From an uncultured Candidatus Rokubacteria bacterium (GTDB taxonomy: Bacteria; Methylomirabilota; Methylomirabilia; Rokubacteriales; CSP1-6), in the NCBI GenBank assembly GCA_963754315.1, contig CAVWFS010000007.1, forward strand, positions 128,001 through 192,000: a stretch of DNA of 64,000 nucleotides, written 5' to 3'. Positions 21,539 through 33,110 of this stretch are shown here, piece by piece (within the stretch, counting starts at the first letter, position 1; every line of letters begins with the position of its first letter). Under the pieces are notes generated by a model. It was not told the DNA's origin. It searched no databases and was given only the letters and a program-made list of their open reading frames with translations. The position numbers and the translations under genes are program-made.

Positions 21539-22867
21539 CTAGAACATCAGCTTCGCGAGCACGAGGCCCGTCAGGACGGCGACGAAGGTCGCGACGAGCC
21601 CCGGGATCATGAACGAGTGGTTGATGATGTACTTGCCGATCTTCGTGGTGCCCGACAGGTCGAAGTTTATCGCCGCGATCAGTGAGCCGTAGGTCGGGAT
21701 GAAAAAGTAGCCGTTGACAGACGGGAACGCCCCGATCAGGAACTGGGGCGGGATGCCGAGGGCGAGCCCCAGCGGCATCAGCGCCCGCGCGGTCGCGGCC
21801 TGGCTGTAAAGCAGGACAGACGCGAAGAATAGGCCGAGGGCGAATGTCCACGGCGCGGCCTGGGTCATGGCGCTGATGGCCGGGACGATCACGGCCTGGT
21901 TCGCGCCGATGAAGCTGTCGCCCAGCCAGGCCAGGCCGAAGATGCCGATGACCGCCACCACGCCCGCGCGCAAGGTCGCGGTCTTCGGCACCTCGTCCAC
22001 CGGAACCTTCGCGACCACCAGCATCACGGCCGCGACGGAGAGCATGACGATCTCGATGACAGTTGGCATGGCGAGTGGGGCCTTGGCGCCGGGAAGCTGG
22101 CGAAGAGCGGGGAAGAAGCCGAAGAGCACGACGAGCGCCACGCCGATGAGGAAGAGGACCGCCGACAGCGTCGCGGCCGGCTTGAGCGGCGGCCGCTCGG
22201 AGGCGGCCTTCGGCGGCGGGATGGCGCCGGAAGCAAGGCGCGCCTGGTACTCGGGGTCGTCCTTCAGGTCCTTGCCGACGAACATCGAGATGATCGCCGC
22301 CGCGACGACGCCGGTCAGGGTGGCCGGCACGCAGATCATGAGAATTTGAGGCAGGCCCCACTGCGTGAGGCCCTTTTCGGCGAAGAGCCCGATCATCGCG
22401 GCCGTCGCCGCCGCCACCGGGCTGGCGGTGATCGCCTGCTGGGAGGCGATGGTCGCCACCGCCATGGGCCGCTCCGGCCGGACGCCGCTCTGGTGGGCGG
22501 TCTCGTAGATCACCGGGAGCAGCGGATAGATGATATGGCCGGTGCCGGCCACGAAGGTGAAGGTCCAGGTGGTGAGCGGTGCCACGATCGTGACGTACTT
22601 CGGATTCGCGCGGATGACGCCCTCAGCGATGCGCACGAGGAACTCGATCCCGCCGGCGGCATCCATCACCGAGGCCGCCATGATGACGGCGAGGATGATC
22701 AGCATCACGTCGATCGGGGGCGAGGTAGGGTTCACCCCGAAAACGACCATGAGGACCAGCAGCCCCACCGCTCCCCACAGGCCGAGGCCCACGCCGCTCG
22801 ACCGCGCGCCCATCCAGATCGCGGCCAGCATGACCACGAACTGCAGGACAATGGACACCGTCATCAT
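21539..22867 (-). CDS. Anaerobic C4-dicarboxylate transporter, DcuA/DcuB family
   Basis: GTGH..YPLLPVI, RPERPMAVATIASQ, YFFIPTY, GTTKIGKYIINHSFMIPGL; adjacent to aspA. Confidence 0.93.
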   Translation of the reverse strand: MMTVSIVLQFVVMLAAIWMGARSSGVGLGLWGAVGLLVLMVVFGVNPTSPPIDVMLIILAVIMAASVMDAAGGIEFLVRIAEGVIRANPKYVTIVAPLTTWTFTFVAGTGHIIYPLLPVIYETAHQSGVRPERPMAVATIASQQAITASPVAAATAAMIGLFAEKGLTQWGLPQILMICVPATLTGVVAAAIISMFVGKDLKDDPEYQARLASGAIPPPKAASERPPLKPAATLSAVLFLIGVALVVLFGFFPALRQLPGAKAPLAMPTVIEIVMLSVAAVMLVVAKVPVDEVPKTATLRAGVVAVIGIFGLAWLGDSFIGANQAVIVPAISAMTQAAPWTFALGLFFASVLLYSQAATARALMPLGLALGIPPQFLIGAFPSVNGYFFIPTYGSLIAAINFDLSGTTKIGKYIINHSFMIPGLVATFVAVLTGLVLAKLMF

Positions 22868-22904
22868 CGGCTCACTCCCTCTGTGGGAGTTCCTGCCTTG
22901 CGCC

Positions 22905-24307
<1,403 letters not shown>

Positions 24308-24401
24308 ACGTCCCTCCTCGTGGTGCGGCTGGCGCGCGTCTGTGTCGTTACGTGAGACCCGCCACGACCGTGACATCGTGGGTCGAGGAAGGGATCGCCT
24401 C

Positions 24402-24458
24402 TCGAGCTTAGCCCGACGCCGCCGGCGTGGTCCAGCGCGGGGCCCGGGCTAGCTGCCC
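24402..24458 (-). repeat. 57-bp element upstream of aspA (copy 2)
   Basis: 52/57 identical to 18447-18503. Confidence 0.9.
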
Positions 24459-24482
24459 ATCGAGAAGCATGGCGGATCTGTG

Positions 24483-25871
24483 TCACCGCACGGCCGTCCC
24501 GGAAGGACAATGCCAGCCGGCGCCTCCCGTGATGAGCCGGTCCCCGTCGGGCGGGCCCCAGGTGCCCGGATCGTACTCGTGCGCGGGGGTCGAGTTCCCA
24601 AGAATGGGGTCGACCACTCGCCAGGCCGCCTCCACCTCGTCCTGGCGCGCGAAGAGCGTCGCGTTGCCCTCCATGGCTTCCCCAAGGAGGCGCTCGTAGG
24701 CATCCATGTCCTCCGCGCGTTGCTGGTGATGCGCTACCAGCTCCACGTTCTCGCCGGCGAGACCGCTCGTCGGGCCGAGGATCCGCGTGCCGACGGCGAT
24801 GACGAGCTCGGGCTGGACCCGGAACCTGAGGTAGTTGCTCTGCCCGGTCGGGATGTGGGTGTAGATCTCGGGGGGACGCCGGAGCTTCACCAAGACCTCG
24901 GTGGCCGTGACGGGCAGGCACTTCCCGGCCCGGATGTAGAAGGGCACTCCTGCCCAGCGCCAGGAACGGATCTCGAGACGGAGGGCCACGAACGTCTCCA
25001 CGCACGAGTTGGCGGCCACCCCCTCCTCCTGACGGTAGCCGCGGAACTGCCCGCGCACCACGTTCGCGGCGTCGAGGGGCCGCGTGCCACGGAGCACCTT
25101 GACCTTCTCGTCACGGAGTGCGTCGGCGTCGCCACCGATGGGCGCCTCCATGGCAAGGAGCGCCATCACCTGGAGCAGGTGATTCTGCACGACGTCGCGA
25201 ATGGCCCCTGCTTCTTCGTAGAAACGGCCCCGCCCCGTCACCCCGAAGTCTTCGGCCATCGTGATCTGGACGCTCTCGACGTGCTGACGATTCCAGATCG
25301 GTTCGAGGAACGAGTTGGCGAAGCGGAAGTAGAGGAGGTTCTGGACCGTGTTCTTACCGAGGAAGTGATCGATACGGAAGATCGCCGACTCCGGGAAGAC
25401 GCGCTGGAGCGTAGTGTTCAGCGCCTGGGCGGAGGCGAGGTCGCGCCCGAAAGGTTTCTCGATGACGAGCCGTGCGCCGTCCGCGCACCCCGACGTCGCC
25501 AGCGACTCCGTCACGGAGCCGAACAGGCTCGGCGGGATCGCCAGGTAGTGGCAGGGGCACGATGCCTCACCGAGCGCCTGCCGGAGGTGCTTGAAGGTCG
25601 CGGCGTCACGGTAGTCGCCGTCGACGTACCGGAGCCGACTCGAGAGCTTCGCGAACGCCTCGGGTTCCACGCCGCCGCCGTGCGTCTCGAGGCTCTCTCG
25701 GGCCCGGGCCAGGAGCTCCGCCAGGCCCCAGCCGGCCTTGGCCACGCCGATGACCGGCACCTCGAGTCCGCCATTGCGGATCATGGACTGAAGCGCGGGA
25801 AAGATTTTCTTGAAGGCGAGATCGCCGGTGGCGCCAAAGAAGACGAGAGCGTCGGACGCCCCGGACGGCAT
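24483..25871 (-). CDS. zwf: Glucose-6-phosphate 1-dehydrogenase
   Basis: [44 protein letters not shown]. Confidence 0.95.
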   Translation of the reverse strand: MPSGASDALVFFGATGDLAFKKIFPALQSMIRNGGLEVPVIGVAKAGWGLAELLARARESLETHGGGVEPEAFAKLSSRLRYVDGDYRDAATFKHLRQALGEASCPCHYLAIPPSLFGSVTESLATSGCADGARLVIEKPFGRDLASAQALNTTLQRVFPESAIFRIDHFLGKNTVQNLLYFRFANSFLEPIWNRQHVESVQITMAEDFGVTGRGRFYEEAGAIRDVVQNHLLQVMALLAMEAPIGGDADALRDEKVKVLRGTRPLDAANVVRGQFRGYRQEEGVAANSCVETFVALRLEIRSWRWAGVPFYIRAGKCLPVTATEVLVKLRRPPEIYTHIPTGQSNYLRFRVQPELVIAVGTRILGPTSGLAGENVELVAHHQQRAEDMDAYERLLGEAMEGNATLFARQDEVEAAWRVVDPILGNSTPAHEYDPGTWGPPDGDRLITGGAGWHCPSGTAVR

Positions 25872-26078
25872 CAGGTCTGCCCCCCTGCCGCTGTCAGCCC
25901 GAGAACACGAAACCCCACTGGGTCCCCTCCAGGTATGGACTGTGCCGCCGCCAATCATAAGCGAGGGAAGGGCAGCGTCACCACAACCGGGCGGATCGGC
26001 GTCAGAGATCAGTCCACGCTCGACAAGTATAATCGTCCGGCGCACCGGCGTCTTCCCGCCGGCACTTAAGGAGGGCGC

Positions 26079-27146
26079 TTGGCTGTCAAACCGTCCATTC
26101 ACTGGTTGCTGATCGCCATGCCCGTCGCCGCCGGGCTTGACGCCATCGGCGCGGCCGCCCCGCTCGTCTTCTTCTGCGCCGCCCTGGCGATCGTGCCCTT
26201 GGCCAGCCTGATCGTGCACAGCACCGAGCACCTCGCGGCTCGCACGGGCCCGGCCCTCGGGGGACTTCTCAACGCGACGTTCGGCAACCTGCCCGAGCTC
26301 ATCATCGCCATGGTGGCGCTCCGCGCTGGGCTGGTCGAGATGGTCAGAGCCTCGCTGATCGGCGCCCTGCTCGCCAACCTGCTGCTCGCCCTCGGCCTCG
26401 CCTTCCTGCTTGGGGGCCTGCGTCATCACGTGCAGGAGTACAACCCGGCAGCGGCGCGCATGTACGCCTCCATGATGCTCCTCGCCGCCGTCAGCATGGT
26501 GGTGCCGAGCACGTTCCACCGCCTTCTCGGCGTTGCGGCGCCACACGAGGCGGGCGCTCTCGACACCGGGGTGGCGGTCGTGCTCCTGGCCGGGTACATC
26601 CTGTACCTGATCTTCATGCTCCGCACGCACCCGGAGGTCTTCGCCGCGACCAAGGCGGAGCAGGGCGATACCGGCGCGGTGTGGAGCGTCGCGCGAGCGG
26701 TTGGTACCCTCGTCGCAGCATCCCTCGGCGCGGCGTGGATGAGCGAAGTCCTCGTCGGCGCGGCGGAGGCGACCGGACAGGCCCTGGGGATGTCGCCCCT
26801 CTTCATCGGGATCGTGCTGCTGGCGGCCATCGGCGGCGCGGCCGAGAGCGGAGCCGCGATTGCCATGGCCGGCAAGAACAAGATGGATCTCTCGGTGGGA
26901 ATCGCGATGGGGAGCTCCATCCAGATCGCGCTCTTCGTGACCCCGGTGCTGGTGCTGTCGAGCCGGCTGATCGCGCCGCAGCGCCTGACCCTGTCGTTCA
27001 ATCGGGTCGAGATCGGCGCCTTGTTCCTCGGCGTGCTGATCGGGACTCTGGTGGCGGGGGACGGACGCTCGCACTGGTTCAAGGGGGTCCAGCTCGTCGC
27101 CTTCTACCTCATCCTCGCCGCCATGTTCTATCTGATCCCGGCCTAG
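26079..27146 (+). CDS. Ca2+/H+ antiporter (CAX/ChaA family)
   Basis: [16 protein letters not shown] and GGAAESG...GSSIQIALF alpha-repeats; TATAAT at 26028-26033 and AAGGAG RBS upstream. Confidence 0.92.
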   Translation: MAVKPSIHWLLIAMPVAAGLDAIGAAAPLVFFCAALAIVPLASLIVHSTEHLAARTGPALGGLLNATFGNLPELIIAMVALRAGLVEMVRASLIGALLANLLLALGLAFLLGGLRHHVQEYNPAAARMYASMMLLAAVSMVVPSTFHRLLGVAAPHEAGALDTGVAVVLLAGYILYLIFMLRTHPEVFAATKAEQGDTGAVWSVARAVGTLVAASLGAAWMSEVLVGAAEATGQALGMSPLFIGIVLLAAIGGAAESGAAIAMAGKNKMDLSVGIAMGSSIQIALFVTPVLVLSSRLIAPQRLTLSFNRVEIGALFLGVLIGTLVAGDGRSHWFKGVQLVAFYLILAAMFYLIPA

Positions 27147-27155
27147 ACCGGTCCG

Positions 27156-27848
27156 ATGTCGGGACGCTCCGTGATCCGTGCTCCCGTCCGCTCCGTCCTG
27201 GCGCCGGGACGGCTTCGTATCCTGCTGCTGTCCTTGCTCCTGCTCTTCGTCGGCACGGCCGCATCGGCCGGGACCAGTCTCGCGCGCCCCATCGAGGTGA
27301 CCCTGATAGTGCTGGTGATTGTCGCCGCGATCTGGGACCTGCGAGAGCGCGGGCGCGAGCGCCTGGCTGCCGTCGCCCTCGCTGTCGGCGCGATCCTCCT
27401 GAGTCTTCTGGACGTGACCGTGCGAATCCGCCACTTGCCGGTCGCCGCGAGCGCGATCGTCGCAGCGTTCGCTGGCCTCGTGGTCTGGCGAGCGTACACG
27501 GGCGCCATGCGGCCCGACCGGCCGGTGGGCGAGCGCATCCTCGGCGCCGTCTGCGTCTACCTTCTGATTGGCCTCGCCTGGGCGAAGGTCTACGAGACCT
27601 TGGACGTGGTGGCCCCAGGTTCGTTTCGCTTCCCGGCGGACAGCGCCTGGGGGATGCCCAGCCTGCCCCGCTACGCCTACGTGTCGTTTATCACCCTGGC
27701 CACCGTCGGCTACGGCGACGTCACCCCCACCACACCGATCGCGGGCACCCTCGCCTGGCTCGAGGCCGTCACCGGGCAACTCTATCTCGCCATCACGGTC
27801 GCCCGGCTCGTGGCGCTGTCGCTGGCCGACGGGCGCGGTCGTCCTTGA
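27156..27848 (+). CDS. Potassium channel family protein
   Basis: Selectivity filter [12 protein letters not shown]; multiple TM segments. Confidence 0.9.
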   Translation: MSGRSVIRAPVRSVLAPGRLRILLLSLLLLFVGTAASAGTSLARPIEVTLIVLVIVAAIWDLRERGRERLAAVALAVGAILLSLLDVTVRIRHLPVAASAIVAAFAGLVVWRAYTGAMRPDRPVGERILGAVCVYLLIGLAWAKVYETLDVVAPGSFRFPADSAWGMPSLPRYAYVSFITLATVGYGDVTPTTPIAGTLAWLEAVTGQLYLAITVARLVALSLADGRGRP

Positions 27849-27918
27849 TCAAGATGGGGGGCAGCTTCGTGAAGCCGCCGCCCACTTGGCGCAGGGCGCC
27901 CTGAGCTAGAATCACGCG

Positions 27919-30297
27919 ATGTCGCTGTCGGCCGTCGCTCGCGGCCTGCGCTCGAGAGCGCGCGGCCTCCTCATGATCGCCCTCGGCGTCGCCGCCGTCG
28001 CCCTTCCATGGCTGACCGGCGAGTGGTCCATCGCCCTGCTGGGGCTCCTCGTGCTCTCCTCGGGGGCGCTCGAGCTGGTCCATGCCATGCGCGGGGGCGA
28101 CGCCGAGGACGTCACCGGGAGCTACGCCGGCGCCCTCGTTGCGATCATCGCGGGTCTGCTCCTGTTCGCGCTTCCCTCGCTGGTGCTGACGGCCGTCGTG
28201 AAGCTCTTGGCCCTGCTGCTCGCGGTCGACGGCGTGCGGCGCCTGGTGCAGGCCTGGCGCCACCGCGGTTCCGGGCGCGCGTGGTCGGCGTTCAACGGTG
28301 TTCTGAACGTAGCCTTGGGCCTCCTCCTATGGCGCCTGGGGCCGACCTTGGGCGTCACCGCGGTGGGGCTCGTCCTCGGAATTGGCATGATCTGCGCCGG
28401 CTGGAGGATGGCGATCGCGCCCGCGACCGGACGCGCGGGTGGCAGCGCATGGGTCCCGGACGATCAGCACCCGGACCTGCGTGTCGCCCTCGCCCCACAC
28501 CCGGAGCTAGGCCGGGTGGCGCGCTCTGCTCTGGAGCAGGAGCGCCAGCGGTGGCGAATCGACCTAACCTGGTGCGTCACCCTGGCGGTAGTCTTCTTCC
28601 TCACTCACGCCGGCCGCATGGACTTGCCCTGGAATGTCTTCGGGGTTGCCTCCACCGCCGTTGCCGTCGCCGGCGATCTGCTGACGGCGCTCGTGTTGAC
28701 AATCGTGATCATCCTGCCCGCGCGACTTCTCTGGCGGAAGCTCACGCGGCCCCTCGAGGCGAGCGCATGGCGGAATCGTCTCGCCCGCAGCGGTGCGGGG
28801 GCGCGACTAGCGATCGGCGATCGGGTCGTCGATCTCTGGCTCGACGGTCGGGTCCGGTTCGCGGTGCGGCTGCACCAAGCGCGCACGTCGCTCGGCGGGG
28901 CGGTGTGGAGAACGCTCCAGGATGGGTTGCCCCTGACGGCCATCCTGATCGCGCTGAACCCGATCTGGGGCTTCAGCTGGTATTTCAACAGCGAGAACTG
29001 GGTGACCGGTGTCTGGCAGAAGATCACCGAGAGCCGCGTGGACGTGTGGCGGGAGCGCATGGTCGACGCGGTGGCGACGCCAGGAGCGGCGCCGATGGAG
29101 GAGCTCTTCACCGTCCGGCCCGAGGGCGTCAACGGAGAGCCCGACTTCAGCTTTCTCGTCATCGGCGATCCCGGAGAGGGGGATCCCTCCCAGCAGTCAC
29201 TCCGCGACCGCTACCTGTTCGAGGGAGGCCGATCCGACGTGAAGTTCCTGGTCGTGGCCTCCGATGTGATCTACCCCGCGGGGGCCATGCGGGACTACGA
29301 AGGCAAGTTCTATTTGCCTTTCAAGGGCTTCACCAAGCCCATCTACGCCATCCCAGGCAATCATGACTGGTTCGATGCGCTCGAGGGCTTCGTCGCCAAC
29401 TTCCTGCGACCCGACGCAGCCCGGACCGCCCTGCAGGCCCGGCGCGCCGGCGATCGCCTCCTCGGTCTTACCGGCGGAACACCGGTCGAGACGTTCGTGG
29501 CCGAAGCCGAGCGCCTGCGGCGTGAGTACCAGGTGCGCACCGGGTTTCAGGGCGCGCCCTTCTTCGAGATTCACGCCGAGCGTTTCGCCCTCATCGCCGC
29601 CGACACGGGTATCCGGCGGCGGCTGGATGCTCGGCAGCACGCATGGTTCGTCTCGGCTCTCGAGCGGGCGCGCGGGAAATTCGTGATGGTGCTGCTCGGA
29701 CATCCGCTCTTTGCCGGCGGCCATGCCCAGGCCGCCGGCGATCCGGCATTTGCCGAGATCCACGAGCTGCTCAGGCAGCACCGGGTGCCGCTCGTGATGG
29801 CGGGCGACACGCACGACTTCGAGTACTACCGCGAGGTCTACGACGGACCGGACGGGCCTGCGGTGATGCATCATGTCGTGAACGGCGGCGGCGGAGCCTA
29901 CCTCAGCATCGGGACTGCGCTCGACTGGCCCGTGCGGCCCGCAGTCGCCGACTGGGCCTTCTACCCCAGCACGGCCGCTCTCCGCGCGAAGCTCGACACG
30001 GAGACGCCGCCGTGGAAACGGCCTCTGTGGTGGTGGGTGAAGCATCTGGGAGCCTGGCCGTCTTCGCCCGAGACGCTGTCGGGGGTCTTCGACTTCAATC
30101 GCGCCCCCTTCTTTCAGAGTTTCGCCGAGGTGCGCATCGAGGGTTCGGCCGACCGCGTGCACGTCGTGATGCATGGTGTGCACGGTCCTCTCCGCTGGCG
30201 CGAGCTTCAGCTTGGCGGGCAGCTCGTGCGTGAGGGACCAGACCGAGATGACTCGTTTGCGCTCGTGCTGCCGCTACCGCCTCCGCCCGCGCGCTGA
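27919..30297 (+). CDS. Membrane-anchored metallophosphoesterase with N-terminal DUF308/HdeD-like domain
   Basis: Hydrophobic N-terminus of about 165 aa plus further TM segments; C-terminal calcineurin-like motifs IGDPGEG, SDVIYP, PGNHDW, LGHP, AGDTH. Confidence 0.8.
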   Translation: MSLSAVARGLRSRARGLLMIALGVAAVALPWLTGEWSIALLGLLVLSSGALELVHAMRGGDAEDVTGSYAGALVAIIAGLLLFALPSLVLTAVVKLLALLLAVDGVRRLVQAWRHRGSGRAWSAFNGVLNVALGLLLWRLGPTLGVTAVGLVLGIGMICAGWRMAIAPATGRAGGSAWVPDDQHPDLRVALAPHPELGRVARSALEQERQRWRIDLTWCVTLAVVFFLTHAGRMDLPWNVFGVASTAVAVAGDLLTALVLTIVIILPARLLWRKLTRPLEASAWRNRLARSGAGARLAIGDRVVDLWLDGRVRFAVRLHQARTSLGGAVWRTLQDGLPLTAILIALNPIWGFSWYFNSENWVTGVWQKITESRVDVWRERMVDAVATPGAAPMEELFTVRPEGVNGEPDFSFLVIGDPGEGDPSQQSLRDRYLFEGGRSDVKFLVVASDVIYPAGAMRDYEGKFYLPFKGFTKPIYAIPGNHDWFDALEGFVANFLRPDAARTALQARRAGDRLLGLTGGTPVETFVAEAERLRREYQVRTGFQGAPFFEIHAERFALIAADTGIRRRLDARQHAWFVSALERARGKFVMVLLGHPLFAGGHAQAAGDPAFAEIHELLRQHRVPLVMAGDTHDFEYYREVYDGPDGPAVMHHVVNGGGGAYLSIGTALDWPVRPAVADWAFYPSTAALRAKLDTETPPWKRPLWWWVKHLGAWPSSPETLSGVFDFNRAPFFQSFAEVRIEGSADRVHVVMHGVHGPLRWRELQLGGQLVREGPDRDDSFALVLPLPPPPAR

Positions 30298-30376
30298 GGC
30301 GCGTTCTTTGCGAGGCCAGGCTCACGGGGCACCGAACGCCCTCATCCGCCTCGCCGCTCACTGAGCTCGCCGGGCC

Positions 30377-30690
30377 TCAGTCGGATACAGCGACCGCTTC
30401 GATCTCGATCAGGGCTCCCGGGATGGCGAGGCCAGCCACCTGGACCAGGGTGCTGGCGGGCGGGTTCGTGCCGAAGAATTCCGAGCGCACCTCGCCGTAG
30501 CCCTCCCGATAGCGGATGTCTGTGACGAACACCGTGACCTTCACGACATCCCGGAGGCTCGCGCCGCCAGTTTCGAGGATGCGCCGCATGTTCTCGAAGA
30601 CCCGGCGGGTCTGAGTGTGTATGTCATTCGGCCCGACGAGCTTGCCGTCCTTGTCGAGTGCCAGCTGCCCGGCGACGTAGACCGTGTCCT
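30377..30690 (-). pseudogene. RidA/YjgF family protein, 5'-truncated
   Basis: DTVYVAGQ...QTRRVFEN...DVVKVTVF...PPAST...LIEIEAVA; the usual ~20 N-terminal residues are replaced by antisense of another gene. Confidence 0.75.
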
Positions 30691-31031
30691 CGCGTCGCGT
30701 GAAGGACGAGATCCGCGACATGGACGACGCCAGCGCGGGCTGGCCAAGCTTCGCCCCGTCACCTTCCGCTACAAAGCCGAGCCCCACTGGTCCGCGCCCG
30801 ATCGAGTACGGCCTGATCGCCGAGGAGGTGGCCGAAATCTACCCCGAGTTGGTGGTGCGCGACAAAGACGGCCAGCCTTCGGGCGTGCGCTATCACGTCC
30901 TCCCGGCGATGCTGCTCAACGAACTGCAACGGCAGCAGCGGGTGATCGAAGCCCAGACCCGACTCCTCGACGAACGCACCGCGCGGCTCTCGCGTCTGGA
31001 GGCGAAGGGCGCCGCCGCTGCTGGACGCTGA
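30684..31031 (+). pseudogene. Tail-fibre intramolecular chaperone (Peptidase_S74-like) C-terminal fragment
   Basis: SSRRVKDEIRDM...LAKLRPVTFRYK (shifted frame)...YGLIAEEVAEIYPELV...MLLNELQ plus coiled coil; two compensating indels. Confidence 0.75.
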
Positions 31032-31060
31032 GCGGAGCGACGACGCATCAAGGGAGGCCG

Positions 31061-31088
31061 CTCCTGGAGGTCCAGGCGCCTCCAGGAG
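31061..31088. terminator. Hairpin downstream of the S74-like fragment
   Basis: 10-bp stem CTCCTGGAGG / CCTCCAGGAG. Confidence 0.4.
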
Positions 31089-31420
31089 TGCACTTCAGGC
31101 CCCGGAGACACTCTCAGACCAGCCCGGCATAAGTCGAATTTTCCTGAAGCCGCTGGGAGTGTCAGCGCTCCAGAGGAGCACGACGGCGTCGTCTCGACGC
31201 CTGTCACAGACCCGAGACAGATCCGGTCACACCTCGCGCGCTGAGGCGCCCTGGTCCTCGTGGAGCCTCTTGACGGACCACCGGCAGGCCGCGTAGCGTC
31301 CCACCATGCACACGATCCGAGAGCACCGGACTCCGACTCCGATAGGGTCCGGATAGGGTCCGGTTGGCGATTTCGACTCGTCGGCGCCGCCGCCGAAAAG
31401 TGGCTAAGTCCGTGAAGATT

Positions 31421-31507
31421 TGGTGCCGGGGGAGGGGCTCGAACCCTCACGGCCTTGCGATCAGCGGATTTTAAGTCCGCTGCGTCTGCCGATTCCGCCA
31501 CCCCGGC
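31421..31507 (-). tRNA. tRNA-Leu(TAA)
   Basis: GCCGGGG acceptor stem, anticodon loop CTTAAAA, long variable arm, GTTCGAG T-loop, encoded CCA. Confidence 0.97.
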
Positions 31508-31539
31508 CCGTCATAGAATCACACGTACAGCACGCGTGC

Positions 31540-31731
31540 TCATCTGAAAGTGCTCGGCGACTGGCTGCACCCGAAGTCGAGGATCCTGGCGCCGGGGGAC
31601 AGGCCGAGGTTCTGGAAGACCCATGGGATCTCGACAACACGCTTACCCATCACCAGGTCGTAGTTCCAGACCAGGGTACCGAACAGCAGACGCCCGGCGC
31701 GGTTGCGCGGCGTCGGACAGCGCTCGAGATA
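31540..31731 (-). pseudogene. Class I SAM-methyltransferase-like fragment inside the tRNA operon
   Basis: Reads YLERC...MGKRVVEIPWVFQNLGLSPGARILDFGCSQSPSTFR*; LDFGC is motif I, but the frame stops just after it. Confidence 0.5.
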
Positions 31732-31879
31732 TTACGGGACGGTGAAGTCAGGGTGCACAACGCGGGGAAACAGGCGGAAGAGCGGCGAGGGAAAGTCCGC
31801 GGAGCGAGGTTGTCTTCACATAGGTCGCGCGTGATGCCCTCGTCCATGTACGGCGAGGCTGCTGCGGTCCCTCACGGTG

Positions 31880-31955
31880 TGGAGGCGGCGGTGAGAATCG
31901 AACTCACGAAATACGGGTTTTGCAGACCCGCGCCTTACCACTTGGCTACGCCGCC
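31880..31955 (-). tRNA. tRNA-Cys(GCA)
   Basis: GGCGGCGTAGCCAAGTGGTAAGGC...CTGCAAA...GTTCGATTC...CCA. Confidence 0.96.
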
Positions 31956-31979
31956 GTGCCCACCGCTAACCGTGAGCGA

Positions 31980-32054
<75 letters not shown>

Positions 32055-32111
32055 GTCCGCACACTCCTTGAGGGACAGGTGATTTTACCATGTCCCCCCG
32101 GGCGCCGCCCG

Positions 32112-33110
32112 TCACGGCGCGTCGTCGCGCAAGGCCGCCGCCGCGTCCTCGGGGGGTACCGGATTGATGAAAAAGCCGCTGCCCCACTCGAAGCCGGCCA
32201 CCCGGGTCAGCTTCGGAATGATCTCTAGATGCCAGTGGAAGTAGGTCAGGCTCGGCTCGTTGAGCGGGGCCGTATGCAGCATGAAGTTGTAGGCCGGATC
32301 GTGCAGGACTGTGTTCATGCGGCGCAGGAAGTCGCCGAGCACAGCCGCGAGGCCGCGCATCTCCTCCACCTGGGACTCCTCGAAGGCGGCCCGATGCTGG
32401 GTGGGGAGTACCCATGTCTCGCAGGGAAAACGGGGAGCGAAGGGAGCCAGGACGACGAAACCGTCGCGCTCGAGGATGATCCGGTGCCGGGCGCGCCGCT
32501 CCTGACGCAGGATATCGCACCAGACGCAGCGCTCCTTGCGACGATAGTAGTCGGCCGAGCCGGTGAGCTCCTCCCGCACCATGATGGGGATGATGGGGGT
32601 GGCGATGAGCTGGCAATGAGGATGCTCGAGCGACGCGCCCGCGGCCTCGCCGTGATTCTTGAAGAGCAGGATGTATTCGAAGCGCGGGTCCTTCTTCAGA
32701 TCGACCGCGCGCTCGCGGAAGGCCAGCAACACATCGGCCACCTCGTCGACCGAGAGGCTGGCCAGCGTCGCCTCGTGATTGGGACTCTCGATGATGACCT
32801 CGTGGGCCCCGACTCCGTTCATGCGATCGAACAGTCCCTCGCCCGCGGGCTCCAGCTCACCTTCGATACGCAGCGCTGGGAACTTGTTTGGCACCACCCG
32901 GTACGACCAACCGGACGAGTCCGAGGGAGAGTCGGGGGCGCGCCCGGCCAGGATCTCGGGAGGGGTGAGGCTTTCGTGGCCGGGACAGAAGGGGCAGATT
33001 GCCGTCCGGGGCGTGACCGGTTCCGGTTGGAAATCCGAGGGACGCTTCGCCCGCTCGGATGAGATGATCACCCATCGCCCGACCACGGGATCCTTGCGTA
33101 GCTCAGGCAT
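32112..33110 (-). CDS. galT: Galactose-1-phosphate uridylyltransferase (GalT-like)
   Basis: MPELRKDP, CPFCPG, VPNKFPAL, GASLEHPHCQ (HxHxQ), HWHLEI. Confidence 0.92.
   Translation of the reverse strand: MPELRKDPVVGRWVIISSERAKRPSDFQPEPVTPRTAICPFCPGHESLTPPEILAGRAPDSPSDSSGWSYRVVPNKFPALRIEGELEPAGEGLFDRMNGVGAHEVIIESPNHEATLASLSVDEVADVLLAFRERAVDLKKDPRFEYILLFKNHGEAAGASLEHPHCQLIATPIIPIMVREELTGSADYYRRKERCVWCDILRQERRARHRIILERDGFVVLAPFAPRFPCETWVLPTQHRAAFEESQVEEMRGLAAVLGDFLRRMNTVLHDPAYNFMLHTAPLNEPSLTYFHWHLEIIPKLTRVAGFEWGSGFFINPVPPEDAAAALRDDAP

Noticed and set aside
24483..27779. 1098-aa ORF suggesting a giant Zwf fusion
   Set aside because: The first ~636 codons are the antisense of the cax and K+ channel genes plus the intergenic spacer; Zwf homology starts at 25871.
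31140..31300. Possible IS91-like transposase C-terminal remnant (VTDPRQIRSHLAR*...GPP)
   Set aside because: Too short and degenerate to support without a database search.
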